In this document: positions 18,192-27,526 of the stretch, one piece after another
Position numbering within the stretch: the stretch's first letter is position 1
Layout of the letters: the number at the start of each line of letters is the position of its first letter
From: Thermosediminibacterales bacterium
Lineage (GTDB): Bacteria > Bacillota > Thermosediminibacteria > Koleobacterales > JARRCM01
Length of the DNA: 64,000 bases
Assembly (NCBI GenBank): GCA_029982205.1
Contig: JARRCM010000002.1
Span: 20,296-84,295, forward strand
Reading direction: 5' to 3'
The notes under the pieces: generated by a model
What the model was told of the DNA's origin: nothing
Database searches by the model: none
The model's input: the letters and a program-made list of their open reading frames with translations, nothing else
Translations under genes and position numbers: made by a program

Positions 18192-18863
18192 TTAAACATT
18201 TATTTTCTTTAAATTAGGGCTTATTTTGAATTCAGCTTCTGTTAATTTTTTCAAGGTATCTATATCAATTTCAGGAGCAATTTCTTCTAAGATTAATTGA
18301 CCGTCGAAGAAAAATACAGCTAATTCTGTAACAAGCATATCTAATTCACCCAAACCGGTTATCGGAAGCTTACACTTTTTTAGTATTTTAGGTTTACCAT
18401 TTTGATTGTGGCGCATAGCAACAATAACTTTCTTAGCTCCCGTAACAAGATCCATTGCGCCACCTACCCCTAACTGTTTACCGTTTGGTATAATCCAGTT
18501 TGCAATATTCCCTTCTTGGTCTATTTCAAAAGCTCCAATAACTGTTGCATCTATATGTCCTCCTCTTATCATCCCGAAAGAAGTAGCGCTATCAAAATAA
18601 CAACATCCTGGAGTCTCTGTTACAGGCTGTCTACCAGCATTTATAAGTTGTCTATCTATTTCGCTTTCTTCTGCTAAAGGCCCTACTCCAAGCATTCCAT
18701 TTTCTGATTGAATGTAAATATTATTATTGTTAATATAATTTGCTACCATTGTAGGAATTCCAACACCTAAATTTATAATTTTTATTTCTTTTGCCTCATT
18801 AAATTCCTGCGCTATTCTCTTAGCAATTCTAATTCTCGCTTTTTCTTTAGATATTATCTCCAT
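18192..18863 (-). CDS. 3-oxoacid (acetate/acetoacetate) CoA-transferase subunit B
   Basis: 223 aa with IQSENGMLGVGP (catalytic Glu motif). Its start ATG overlaps the subunit A stop. Confidence 0.9.
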   Translation of the reverse strand: MEIISKEKARIRIAKRIAQEFNEAKEIKIINLGVGIPTMVANYINNNNIYIQSENGMLGVGPLAEESEIDRQLINAGRQPVTETPGCCYFDSATSFGMIRGGHIDATVIGAFEIDQEGNIANWIIPNGKQLGVGGAMDLVTGAKKVIVAMRHNQNGKPKILKKCKLPITGLGELDMLVTELAVFFFDGQLILEEIAPEIDIDTLKKLTEAEFKISPNLKKINV

Positions 18864-19522
18864 TATAAATTCCTCCTCTTGGTTACAATGTTTACAAAAA
18901 TATGTGGAGTAACAATATGTTCGGGGTTAAGAGTTCCTAAAGGAACTATTTTATCAACTTGGGCAATGGTTGTTTTTGCGGCCATAGCCATAATTGGGTT
19001 AAAGTTTCTCGCAGTTTTATAGTAAACAAGATTTCCTAATTCATCTGCAATATGAGCTTTTATAAGAGCAACATCTGCATGGATTGCTTGTTCTAAAACA
19101 TACGTTTTACCGTTAAAAACTTTAATTTCTTTCCCTTTAGAAAGATCAGTTCCTGCGGAAGTAGGTGTATAAAAAGCTGGGATTCCTACTCCCGCCGCAC
19201 GAATAGCTTCTGCAAAAGTTCCTTGCGGTACCAACTTGACTTCAATTCTGCCGGAATTATAAGCATCGGCAACATCGGGATTCCAGTTGTAATAATTTCC
19301 GATTAAAGCTTTAATTTGATTATTGGTTAATAGTTTTCCTAATCCAATCCCTGGAGAACCAAGATCGTTACTTATAATTGTTAAATTTTTTTTACCACTT
19401 TTCGCTAAGGCTTCTACTAATTCTTCCGGATAACCTGCTAATCCAAACCCTCCAACCATTATCCTATCTCCATCTTTAATGTAAGATATAGCTTCATCAA
19501 TATCCATTACTTTTTTAATCAT
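18863..19522 (-). CDS. 3-oxoacid CoA-transferase subunit A
   Basis: 219 aa with VGGFGLAGYPEEL, typical of subunit A. Confidence 0.9.
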   Translation of the reverse strand: MIKKVMDIDEAISYIKDGDRIMVGGFGLAGYPEELVEALAKSGKKNLTIISNDLGSPGIGLGKLLTNNQIKALIGNYYNWNPDVADAYNSGRIEVKLVPQGTFAEAIRAAGVGIPAFYTPTSAGTDLSKGKEIKVFNGKTYVLEQAIHADVALIKAHIADELGNLVYYKTARNFNPIMAMAAKTTIAQVDKIVPLGTLNPEHIVTPHIFVNIVTKRRNL

Positions 19523-19544
19523 TTCAATCCCCCTTATTTTCTAA

Positions 19545-20750
19545 TTAATGTGTTTCAAAAACGTTTTCATAAATTGCTGCCATTCCTAATCCCCCTGCAA
19601 CACAAATTGCTGCAAGACCGTATTTCACCTTTCTACGAAGCATTTCATGAATTAGCGTTACAGTTATTCTATTTCCAGAACACCCCAAAGGATGGCCTAA
19701 TGCTATAGCACCGCCATTAACATTTAATATATCAGTGTTGATATTTAGTTCCTTAACACATGCCAAACTTTGAGCAGCAAACGCTTCATTTAATTCAATT
19801 AATCCAATATCATTTAAAGTTAAAGCTGCTCTTTTAAGAGCTTTTTTTGTGGCTGGTACAGGACCTATTCCCATTTTCCTTGGATCAACACCAGCTATGC
19901 CTGCTGAAACAAACCTAACCATAGGTTTTATATTAAGTTCTTTAGCCTTTTCTTCTGACATAACTATTACCGCTGCAGCCCCATCATTTCGTCCTGACGA
20001 ATTTCCCGCTGTTACAGTACCGTTTTCTTTGAAAACAGGTTTTAATCTTGCTAATTTTTCCATACTTGTATCTCTTCTTATATGTTCATCTACCTCGAAA
20101 ATAATAGATTGACCTTTTTTTTGCGAAATTTTAACAGGAACAATTTCTTGCTTAAATATTCCACTATCTGTTGCCCTTACAGCCTTCAAGTGACTTTCAT
20201 AAGCGAACTTATCCTGCTCTTCTCTTGAAATATTATAAATTTCAGCTAAATTTTCAGCCGTCCAACCCATATTAAACCTTCCATATATTTCTTCAGGCTG
20301 CGATTTAGGTTGACTTTCAGTATTAGGATCTAGAAGTTCACCATTTCCTGAACCATATCCAAACCTAGCTTTACGAATATAATACGGTGCTGTACTCATA
20401 CTTTCTACACCAGCCGCTACAACTATGTCCGCATAACCCGCCTGAATCTGCCAAACAGCATTTACTATAGCTTGCATACCAGACGAGCATTGCCTGTGTA
20501 CTGTATATGCAGGTACTTTTTCCGGTATGCCAGCTTTTAATGAAGCTACTCTCGCTATATTAGGAGCATCTGTAGTTTGTTTGGTTTGACCTACTATAAC
20601 CTCATCAATCATTGATTTTTCTAATTGAGACTTTGAAATAGCTCCTTCTATAACTACTTTTACTAATTCTTCAGGCAATACTTCTTTTAATGTTCCTCCA
20701 AGCTTGCCTATTGCTGTTCTACAAGCAGAAGTAATTACTACTGATTTCAT
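19545..20750 (-). CDS. Acetyl-CoA C-acetyltransferase (thiolase II)
   Basis: 401 aa with active-site VHRQCSSGMQA and C-terminal NGGAIALGHPLGCSG ... CVAGGLG. Confidence 0.9.
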   Translation of the reverse strand: MKSVVITSACRTAIGKLGGTLKEVLPEELVKVVIEGAISKSQLEKSMIDEVIVGQTKQTTDAPNIARVASLKAGIPEKVPAYTVHRQCSSGMQAIVNAVWQIQAGYADIVVAAGVESMSTAPYYIRKARFGYGSGNGELLDPNTESQPKSQPEEIYGRFNMGWTAENLAEIYNISREEQDKFAYESHLKAVRATDSGIFKQEIVPVKISQKKGQSIIFEVDEHIRRDTSMEKLARLKPVFKENGTVTAGNSSGRNDGAAAVIVMSEEKAKELNIKPMVRFVSAGIAGVDPRKMGIGPVPATKKALKRAALTLNDIGLIELNEAFAAQSLACVKELNINTDILNVNGGAIALGHPLGCSGNRITVTLIHEMLRRKVKYGLAAICVAGGLGMAAIYENVFETH

Positions 20751-20954
20751 AATCTACCTCCTATCTTAATCTTCAGTTATGTCAGATAAGATAAGCTGCA
20801 AAACGCTGTCTACTGATTGAAGAGTCTTTACCTTCTTGATGAAGAAACAGTAAGGTATATCAAACCACTTAATTTAGATGTCAATGAATGCTCTGCAGTA
20901 GTGCTCCCGCAGCATATCTTCAAACTCCAATAAACTAATTTATAAAAAAGATAT

Positions 20955-20970
20955 AGCAAAATATATACCA
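20955..20970 (-). promoter_or_regulatory. Sigma-54 (-24/-12) promoter of the thiolase operon
   Basis: The minus strand reads TGGTATATATTTTGCT (TGGTAT-N4-TTTGCT) with canonical GG/GC spacing. It lies about 190 nt upstream of the thiolase ATG, directly downstream of the sigma-54 activator gene. Confidence 0.65.
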
Positions 20971-20985
20971 AGTCTAAACCTTCTC

Positions 20986-21016
20986 ACAAAAAACAAAAAC
21001 CCCTAATTTCAAGGGG
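20986..21016 (-). terminator. Terminator after the sigma-54 activator gene
   Basis: The minus strand reads CCCCTTGAAATTAGGGGTTTTTGTTTTTT, a 5-bp GC stem followed by a T-run. Confidence 0.5.
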
Positions 21017-21130
21017 TAATATAAATTCTGTATTATAATAATTTATAACCATTATTTGGTTTTTGGGTACTGTTTTCAAAGTTAATAGAGCTTCTGTTGA
21101 TTTATAATGATTTATAAATATTCTAAATTA

Positions 21131-22510
21131 TTATAAATTATATTTCCTTATTTTATTATATAATGTGGCAATTGAAATATTTAATTCTTGTGATATCCTG
21201 TGTTTAGCTTCTAAGTTATTTCCATATTTTTTTAAATAACCTTCAATGATTTGTTTTTCGAAATTTTCAATCATGCTCTGAAGGCTATTATTGCTGTTTT
21301 TCTCTATAACATTTTTATATTTCCCAAACTTTATTAGGTTTCGCGGTAGGTCTTCCAATTTTATTTTGAAATCCTCTGTTACATTACAAGCAAACTCAAG
21401 CACATTTTTAAGCTCCCTTACATTTCCCGGCCAATCATATTCTTTTAAAAAAGACATGGTTTCTTCTTCTATCAAAAAACTATGTTTATGTTTATTTTCA
21501 TGTTCTTCTATAAAATAATCAACTAAATACGGAATGTCCGATCTCCGTTCTCTTAAAGGAGGAATCTTAATCAAAAAAACCGCTAAACGAAAAAATAAAT
21601 CCTCTCTAAATTTTCCTTCATTAACCAAACTTTCAATATCTTTATTAGTTGCAGCTATAACTCTTACATCTAGATCAATAGGTTTATTATCTCCTATTCT
21701 CCTCATTTTTTTGCCTTGTAAAACTCGTAGCAATTTACTTTGCAAATTAAAAGGTAATTCAGCAATTTCGTCTAAAAATATAGTTCCCCCTTTAGCAAGT
21801 TCAAATAATCCAATTTTCCCTGATTTATTTGCTCCTGTAAAAGCCCCTTTTGAATAGCCAAACATTTCACTTTCAAGTAGGGATTCAGGAATTGCAGCAC
21901 AATTAACATCAACAAAGGGGCCATTTTTTCTATTACTCTCATTGTGGATTGCCTGAGCAAAAACTTCTTTTCCTGTACCGCTTTCCCCGAGTAAGAGCAC
22001 AGGACTATCGGTATGAGCTGCTTTATAAGCTATTTCAGTTACAGATTTTAAACCGGTTTCAGCTCCGATAATGTCCTTAAAACAAAAATCAGCATTATAA
22101 ATATCTTTAACTCTTTGATTTAGTTGTGTTAATTTCTCCTTACTCTCTTCTAATTGTTTTGAAAGCTTTTTAATCATTAAAACGTCTTTAACAACAACAA
22201 TACCACCAACAACTTTATTATTATATTTTATCGGAAGGAGATCTACATATGATTCTACTGAACCGACTTTTCTTGGAACATCAAAAAAAGGTTTTCCTTT
22301 TTTTAATGCTTCAGGCAACCTGGCACCAGGTCTAACATCAGGTAAATACTTTCCTATAATATCTACATGCTTGATTCCTGCAAAATCGCAATATGCTGGA
22401 TTTATATATTTTACAATTGCATTTTCGTCCGTTACAATAATTCCTTCTTGGATAATATCTAATATTTTTTTGGTATGTTTGTTTAATAAACGGTTAATCA
22501 TTTTACTCAT
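21131..22510 (-). CDS. Sigma-54-dependent transcriptional activator with an N-terminal PAS domain (bEBP, AcoR/PrdR-like architecture)
   Basis: 459 aa with Walker A GESGTGKE, the sigma-54 contact loop GAFTGA ([10 protein letters not shown]), Walker B IFLDEI and a C-terminal Fis-type HTH ([13 protein letters not shown]). Confidence 0.9.
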   Translation of the reverse strand: MSKMINRLLNKHTKKILDIIQEGIIVTDENAIVKYINPAYCDFAGIKHVDIIGKYLPDVRPGARLPEALKKGKPFFDVPRKVGSVESYVDLLPIKYNNKVVGGIVVVKDVLMIKKLSKQLEESKEKLTQLNQRVKDIYNADFCFKDIIGAETGLKSVTEIAYKAAHTDSPVLLLGESGTGKEVFAQAIHNESNRKNGPFVDVNCAAIPESLLESEMFGYSKGAFTGANKSGKIGLFELAKGGTIFLDEIAELPFNLQSKLLRVLQGKKMRRIGDNKPIDLDVRVIAATNKDIESLVNEGKFREDLFFRLAVFLIKIPPLRERRSDIPYLVDYFIEEHENKHKHSFLIEEETMSFLKEYDWPGNVRELKNVLEFACNVTEDFKIKLEDLPRNLIKFGKYKNVIEKNSNNSLQSMIENFEKQIIEGYLKKYGNNLEAKHRISQELNISIATLYNKIRKYNL

Positions 22511-22577
22511 CCAATCATCTCCCTATTAATTTAATAATAAAGTAAATACAATATTTGGCTGCAGGCTGCTTCCCATA

Positions 22578-22683
22578 ACCAGTTTTCAGAACACATGTCT
22601 TTAATTCAAATCTGTTCAAAAAATTATTTATTATGTAATTAATCAACAAAAAACATTTTCCTGCAATATTATGAAATATCTTT
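22578..22683 (-). repeat. Copy B of the intergenic repeat (see 7160-7275)
   Basis: The core 22641-22668 (aatcaacaaaaaacattttcctgcaata) matches copy A at 26 of 28 positions. The hairpin arms are degenerate in this copy. Confidence 0.7.
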
Positions 22684-22741
22684 TAAAACTCTTTTTTTAT
22701 TTTAACAACTTTCAGCATTGACTTTTAAGTCTCAAACACTC

Positions 22742-22770
22742 TTGACGGAATTCTGTATACAGTGTATAAT
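22742..22770 (+). promoter_or_regulatory. SigA-type promoter of the hydrogenase operon
   Basis: TTGACG (22742-22747), a 17-nt spacer, then TATAAT (22765-22770). Confidence 0.6.
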
Positions 22771-22784
22771 ACAACTAAATCATT

Positions 22785-22802
22785 TTGTGAAAAAAATCAC
22801 AA
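22785..22802. promoter_or_regulatory. Rex-type operator 1
   Basis: TTGTGAAAAAAATCACAA against the Firmicute Rex consensus TTGTGAA-N4-TTCACAA (1 mismatch). It starts 15 nt after the -10 hexamer. Confidence 0.6.
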
Positions 22803-22868
22803 GATAGGAGGTTGGTAGTTACCACATTACCTGAAAAATATTTGTTTCAATTGTTTTTTTATGAAGGC

Positions 22869-22886
22869 TTGTGAAAAATTTAACAA
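22869..22886. promoter_or_regulatory. Rex-type operator 2
   Basis: TTGTGAAAAATTTAACAA (half-sites TTGTGAA and TTAACAA), 20 nt upstream of the hydC-like ATG. Confidence 0.5.
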
Positions 22887-22905
22887 GGTATAGGGGGTAG
22901 CACAT

Positions 22906-23421
22906 ATGGCTGTTATGGTTAAAGATTACAAAAGAAGTTTCAAGAAGGTCAATGAAATTATTGAATCATACGGAAGAAACCCTGTGGAGCTAGTAAGTAT
23001 TCTACAGGAAATTCAGGAAGAATACAGGTATTTACCTGAAGAAATACTGAACTATATCGCAACAGCAATGGGAATCTCTCCATCAAAGGTTTTCGGTGTG
23101 GCAACTTTTTATGAAAACTTTTCTTTAGAGCCAAAAGGAAAATACATTATAAAAGTATGTGACGGTACTGCTTGTCATGTGAAAAATTCAATGGATTTGT
23201 TAAACGCTTTGCAAAAAAAGCTCAAATTAAAGGACGGCCAGAAAACCACTAAAGACATGATGTTTACACTTGAAACCGCATCTTGCCTTGGGGCATGCGG
23301 TCTAGCTCCTGTTATGGTTATAAATGAAGAGGTTTATGGAAAGGTAACACCCGAAAAGGCAGAAAAAATCATTGATGAAATCATGAAAAGGGAGGGAAAC
23401 AGTGATGATAAAAACAATTGA
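22906..23421 (+). CDS. hydC: NuoE/HydC-like [2Fe-2S] subunit of an NAD(H)-linked [FeFe]-hydrogenase
   Basis: 171 aa with the thioredoxin-like 2Fe-2S pattern CDGTAC ... CLGAC. Confidence 0.9.
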   Translation: MAVMVKDYKRSFKKVNEIIESYGRNPVELVSILQEIQEEYRYLPEEILNYIATAMGISPSKVFGVATFYENFSLEPKGKYIIKVCDGTACHVKNSMDLLNALQKKLKLKDGQKTTKDMMFTLETASCLGACGLAPVMVINEEVYGKVTPEKAEKIIDEIMKREGNSDDKNN

Positions 23422-25282
23422 AGAATTAAGAAATCTTGCAGCTGATTACAAAAAAGCACTTGGCCATGAGAAGATGAAAATACTTGTATGTGCAGGTACC
23501 GGCTGTATGTCCAGCGGTTCCCTAAAAATTTATGAAGCCTTAAAAAAAATAGTAACCGAAAAAGGTCTTTATGTTGATATCGATTTAATTAAAGAGGGAA
23601 AAAAAGGCGGAGTTAATGTGTCGCCTAGCGGATGCCACGGCTTTTGTGAAATGGGTCCCCTCGTAAGAATTGAACCTCAAGGATATCTTTATGTTAAGGT
23701 CCAGGAAGAAGACGCTCAGGAAATAGTTGAAAATACGGTGGAAAAAGGTGAAGTTGTTGAAAGGCTTCTTTTCAAAAACCCCGAAACGGGACAAACATAT
23801 GAAACAAGTAAAAGCATACCTTTTTATGGAAAACAGAACCGGCTCGTTTTAGAACACTGCGGCACTATTAATCCCGAAAGCATAAAAGAATATATAGCAC
23901 TGGGAGGTTATCAGACATTAGCAGATGTTTTTGAAATGTCACCGGAAAAAGTGTGTCAGACTATTCTTAAAGCCGAACTAAGGGGAAGAGGCGGCGGCGG
24001 TTTCCCTGCAGGTATTAAATGGGATTCTGTCAGAAAAGAAAAAGCTGATCAAAAATATGTGGTGTGTAATGGGGATGAAGGAGATCCCGGTGCTTTCATG
24101 GATAGGAGTATTATGGAAGGGGATCCCCACAGGGTAATTGAAGGAATGATTATTGCCGGATATGCTTCTGGAGCGACAAAGGGTTATATTTACGTTAGAG
24201 CCGAATACCCTCTTGCAGTAAAAAGGCTTAAAACAGCCATTGAACAGGCAAGGGAATTTGGCCTTTTGGGAAAAAACATCCTTGGTACGGGTTTTGATTT
24301 TGACATTAAAATAAACAAGGGTGCCGGGGCGTTTGTCTGTGGAGAAGGCAGTGCTTTGACGGCGTCTATTGAAGGCAATAGAGGTATGCCCAGAACCCGT
24401 CCGCCAAGGACCGTTCAAAAAGGCCTGTTCCAAAAACCCACTGTACTTAATAATGTAGAGACATTTGCAAATGTTCCCCTGATTATTTCAAAAGGAGTGG
24501 ATTGGTACCTGAAAATAGGAACGAAAGGAAATCCCGGAACAAAAGCATTTGCCTTGACCGGTAACATAGTAAATACAGGCCTTATTGAAGTACCAATGGG
24601 TACAACATTAAGGGAGGTTATTTATGACATAGGAGGCGGTATTCCAGGCGGCAAAAAATTAAAGGCCGTTCAGATCGGCGGACCGTCAGGGGGCTGCCTG
24701 ACTCCGGAGCATCTGGATTTACCAATGGATTTTGATTCCCTTAAAAGTGTCGGAGCAATGATAGGTTCCGGCGGCCTTGTGGTAATGGATGAAGATACAT
24801 GTATGGTGGAAGTAGCAAGGTTTTTCATGGACTTTACACAAAAAGAGTCTTGTGGCAAGTGTGTCCCATGTAGAGAAGGGACAAAGAGAATGCTTGAGAT
24901 ATTGGAAAAGATTGTAGCAGGTGAAGGAACCATGGAGGATATCGAAACACTTGAAATCCTCGCAGAAACTGTGAAAGACGGTTCACTGTGCGGTCTTGGT
25001 AAAACGGCTTCAAATCCGGTACTTACTACTCTGAAGTATTTTAGAGATGAATACATTGCACACGTCAAAGAAAAAGTCTGCCCCGCAGGCGTATGTAAAG
25101 CCTTTAAGTCTTACTGCATTGATCCTGAGTTGTGCAAAGGGTGCGGTAAATGTTCAAGAGTATGTCCAAACAGCGCCATAACAGGGAAAATCAAAAATCC
25201 CTTTAAAATAGATAAGGAAAAATGCATAAACTGCGGTGCTTGTGCAAATGCATGCCCCTTTAATGCAGTGAAGGAGGGATAA
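23402..25282 (+). CDS. hydB: NuoF/HydB-like flavoprotein subunit (FMN/NADH site, Fe-S clusters)
   Basis: 626 aa. N-terminal CAGTGC...CHGFC 2Fe-2S module, GRGGGGFPAG (FMN/NAD), ESCGKCVPCREG (4Fe-4S), and C-terminal CKGCGKCSRVCP and CINCGACANACP. Confidence 0.9.
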   Translation: MMIKTIEELRNLAADYKKALGHEKMKILVCAGTGCMSSGSLKIYEALKKIVTEKGLYVDIDLIKEGKKGGVNVSPSGCHGFCEMGPLVRIEPQGYLYVKVQEEDAQEIVENTVEKGEVVERLLFKNPETGQTYETSKSIPFYGKQNRLVLEHCGTINPESIKEYIALGGYQTLADVFEMSPEKVCQTILKAELRGRGGGGFPAGIKWDSVRKEKADQKYVVCNGDEGDPGAFMDRSIMEGDPHRVIEGMIIAGYASGATKGYIYVRAEYPLAVKRLKTAIEQAREFGLLGKNILGTGFDFDIKINKGAGAFVCGEGSALTASIEGNRGMPRTRPPRTVQKGLFQKPTVLNNVETFANVPLIISKGVDWYLKIGTKGNPGTKAFALTGNIVNTGLIEVPMGTTLREVIYDIGGGIPGGKKLKAVQIGGPSGGCLTPEHLDLPMDFDSLKSVGAMIGSGGLVVMDEDTCMVEVARFFMDFTQKESCGKCVPCREGTKRMLEILEKIVAGEGTMEDIETLEILAETVKDGSLCGLGKTASNPVLTTLKYFRDEYIAHVKEKVCPAGVCKAFKSYCIDPELCKGCGKCSRVCPNSAITGKIKNPFKIDKEKCINCGACANACPFNAVKEG

Positions 25283-25286
25283 GATA

Positions 25287-27248
25287 ATGAAAACACTAAA
25301 AATAAACGGTAAAGTTGTAAGTTTTAAAAATGAAAAGAACCTTTTAGAAGTGATAAGAAAAGCCGGGATAAAACTGCCGACTTTCTGTTATCATTCAGAG
25401 TTGAGCATATACGGTGCATGCAGAATGTGTCTTGTGGAAGAAAAGAAAAAAGGCTTAATCGCAGCCTGTTCCACACCTCCTAAAGAGGGTATGGAAATCA
25501 AAACCCACACGCTGAAACTACAAAAACAGAGAAGGATGACACTGGAATTGCTCCTTGCTGAACATGACAGGGAATGTACAACATGTGAAAAAAACGCAGA
25601 CTGCAAACTTAGAGAGCTGGCAGCCAACTTGGGCATAGAAAACATAAGATTTAAAAGAAAAGACAAAAAACTGCCTATTGATGATAGTTCACCTTCTATT
25701 GTCAGAGACCCTAATAAGTGTATCTTATGCGGTGACTGTGTAAGAATGTGCGAAGAAGTCCAGGGTATCGGAGTAATAGGCTTTGCCTATAGAGGATCAA
25801 ATACTGTTGTTACACCGGCATTCAACAAAAAGCTTTCTGAAGTAGATTGTGTTGACTGCGGACAGTGTGCAGCAGTTTGCCCCACAGGTGCTTTAACTAT
25901 AAAATCACAAATTGATAGGGTTTGGGAAGCTATAAACAATGATGATAAGATAGTAATCGCCCAAATAGCCCCGGCTGTAAAGGTTGCATTCGGCGAGGCC
26001 TTTGGCCTAAAACCCGGTCATTCAACAGAACACCTGATTGTTTCCGCTTTGAAAACAATGGGTATTAACAAGGTTTTTGACACATGTTTTGCAGCAGACT
26101 TAACGGTTATGGAAGAATCAAAGGAGTTTGTCGAAAGACTATCAAAAGGAGAAAAACTTCCTCAGTTCACATCTTGCTGCCCAGCATGGGTAAAGTTTGT
26201 AGAACTAAACTACCCCTCTTTTATCGATAACCTGTCTTCCTGTAGATCTCCACAGCAGATGTTCGGCTCCTTTGCAAAAAACTACTACCCGAAAGAACTT
26301 GGAGTCTCCCGAGACGATGTATTCGTTGTCTCTATAATGCCCTGCACGGCAAAGAAAGCAGAAGCATGCAGGGAAGAATTTATCTCAAATGGAGATCCAG
26401 ATGTTGATGCTGTTATAACCACACAGGAGCTTATCAAAATGGTAAAAGAAGCTGGAATAGTTTTCGATGACCTGAAAGAAGAGCCGTTTGACATGCCCTT
26501 TGGGTTTGCCACTGGATCAGGCCTTATATTTGGGGCAACCGGCGGAGTTGCAGAGTCTGTAATCAGGATGCTTGATGAAGAGGTTAAAGAGTTTAAAGAC
26601 GTTAGAGGTTTAGACGGTTTAAAAGAAGCCAAAGTCGCAAAAAACGGCAAAGACATCAAAATAGCAGTTGTCCATGGCTTGAAAAACGCCAGGAAACTTC
26701 TTGAAAAAATCAAGGCTGGAAAAGCAGAATATGACTTTATTGAAGTTATGGCATGCCCCGGCGGCTGTGTGGGAGGGGCAGGACAACCTCAACCCAACAA
26801 TGCTGAAAGTCGCATCGAAAGGGCTCTTGGCTTATACAACAGTGATAACAAGATACAGCTTATACGGGCAAGTGATAACCCGATGGTACAGAAGTTATAT
26901 GAAAAATGGCTAAAAACACCGGATTCAGGATTGTCTCACAAATATTTGCACACATGCTACAGACCCAGACGCAGAATAGAAGGCTCTGACATAAAGTTTT
27001 CAGCAGAAAAAAGCAAAATGAACATCAAGATATGTATCGGAACATCATGTTATCTTAACGGCTCATATGACCTTTTCAAAGAGGTTGATAAAAAAATAAA
27101 ACAAGACAATTTAGAGGACAGAGTTAATCTTGAAGCAACTTTCTGTCTCGAAAACTGTAACGGAAGTCCATCAGTTGAGGTAAACGGCAAAATCATAGAT
27201 AAAGCAAATAAAGAAAAAATATTCATGCTGATAGATGAGTTGATTTGA
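25287..27248 (+). CDS. hydA: [FeFe]-hydrogenase catalytic subunit with a C-terminal thioredoxin-like [2Fe-2S] domain
   Basis: 653 aa with H-cluster motifs FTSCCPAW, MPCTAKKAE and EVMACPGGCVGGAGQP. N-terminal 2Fe-2S and 4Fe-4S domains. The C-terminal extension carries CIGTSC...CLENC. Confidence 0.9.
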   Translation: MKTLKINGKVVSFKNEKNLLEVIRKAGIKLPTFCYHSELSIYGACRMCLVEEKKKGLIAACSTPPKEGMEIKTHTLKLQKQRRMTLELLLAEHDRECTTCEKNADCKLRELAANLGIENIRFKRKDKKLPIDDSSPSIVRDPNKCILCGDCVRMCEEVQGIGVIGFAYRGSNTVVTPAFNKKLSEVDCVDCGQCAAVCPTGALTIKSQIDRVWEAINNDDKIVIAQIAPAVKVAFGEAFGLKPGHSTEHLIVSALKTMGINKVFDTCFAADLTVMEESKEFVERLSKGEKLPQFTSCCPAWVKFVELNYPSFIDNLSSCRSPQQMFGSFAKNYYPKELGVSRDDVFVVSIMPCTAKKAEACREEFISNGDPDVDAVITTQELIKMVKEAGIVFDDLKEEPFDMPFGFATGSGLIFGATGGVAESVIRMLDEEVKEFKDVRGLDGLKEAKVAKNGKDIKIAVVHGLKNARKLLEKIKAGKAEYDFIEVMACPGGCVGGAGQPQPNNAESRIERALGLYNSDNKIQLIRASDNPMVQKLYEKWLKTPDSGLSHKYLHTCYRPRRRIEGSDIKFSAEKSKMNIKICIGTSCYLNGSYDLFKEVDKKIKQDNLEDRVNLEATFCLENCNGSPSVEVNGKIIDKANKEKIFMLIDELI

Positions 27249-27262
27249 AAGGGGACTTTAAT

Positions 27263-27526
27263 ATGCTTGAAATAACGGTGTGTGTGGGGAGTTCCTGCCA
27301 CCTGAAGGGGGCCTATGATGTCATAAAAAGGTTTCAAAGACTCATTCCGGAATATGGCCTTAAAGATAAAGTAGAACTTAAAGCAGGGTTTTGCCTGGGC
27401 AAATGCACTGAAGCTGTAACAGTAAAAGTAGGTAATGAATATTTTACTTCCTTAACTCCTGATGAAGTTGAGAATGTACTAAAAGCTGTTAAAAAGAAAG
27501 TTTTAGAAAGGAGTAATATTAAATGA
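27263..27526 (+). CDS. Small thioredoxin-like [2Fe-2S] ferredoxin (HydD/HfsA-like)
   Basis: I prefer the ATG at 27263 (RBS GAAAGGGGA at 27247-27255) over the track's TTG at 27245. MLEITVCVGSSCHLKG ... CLGKC gives the Cx4C...Cx3C pattern. Its stop overlaps the next gene's start. Confidence 0.75.
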   Translation: MLEITVCVGSSCHLKGAYDVIKRFQRLIPEYGLKDKVELKAGFCLGKCTEAVTVKVGNEYFTSLTPDEVENVLKAVKKKVLERSNIK

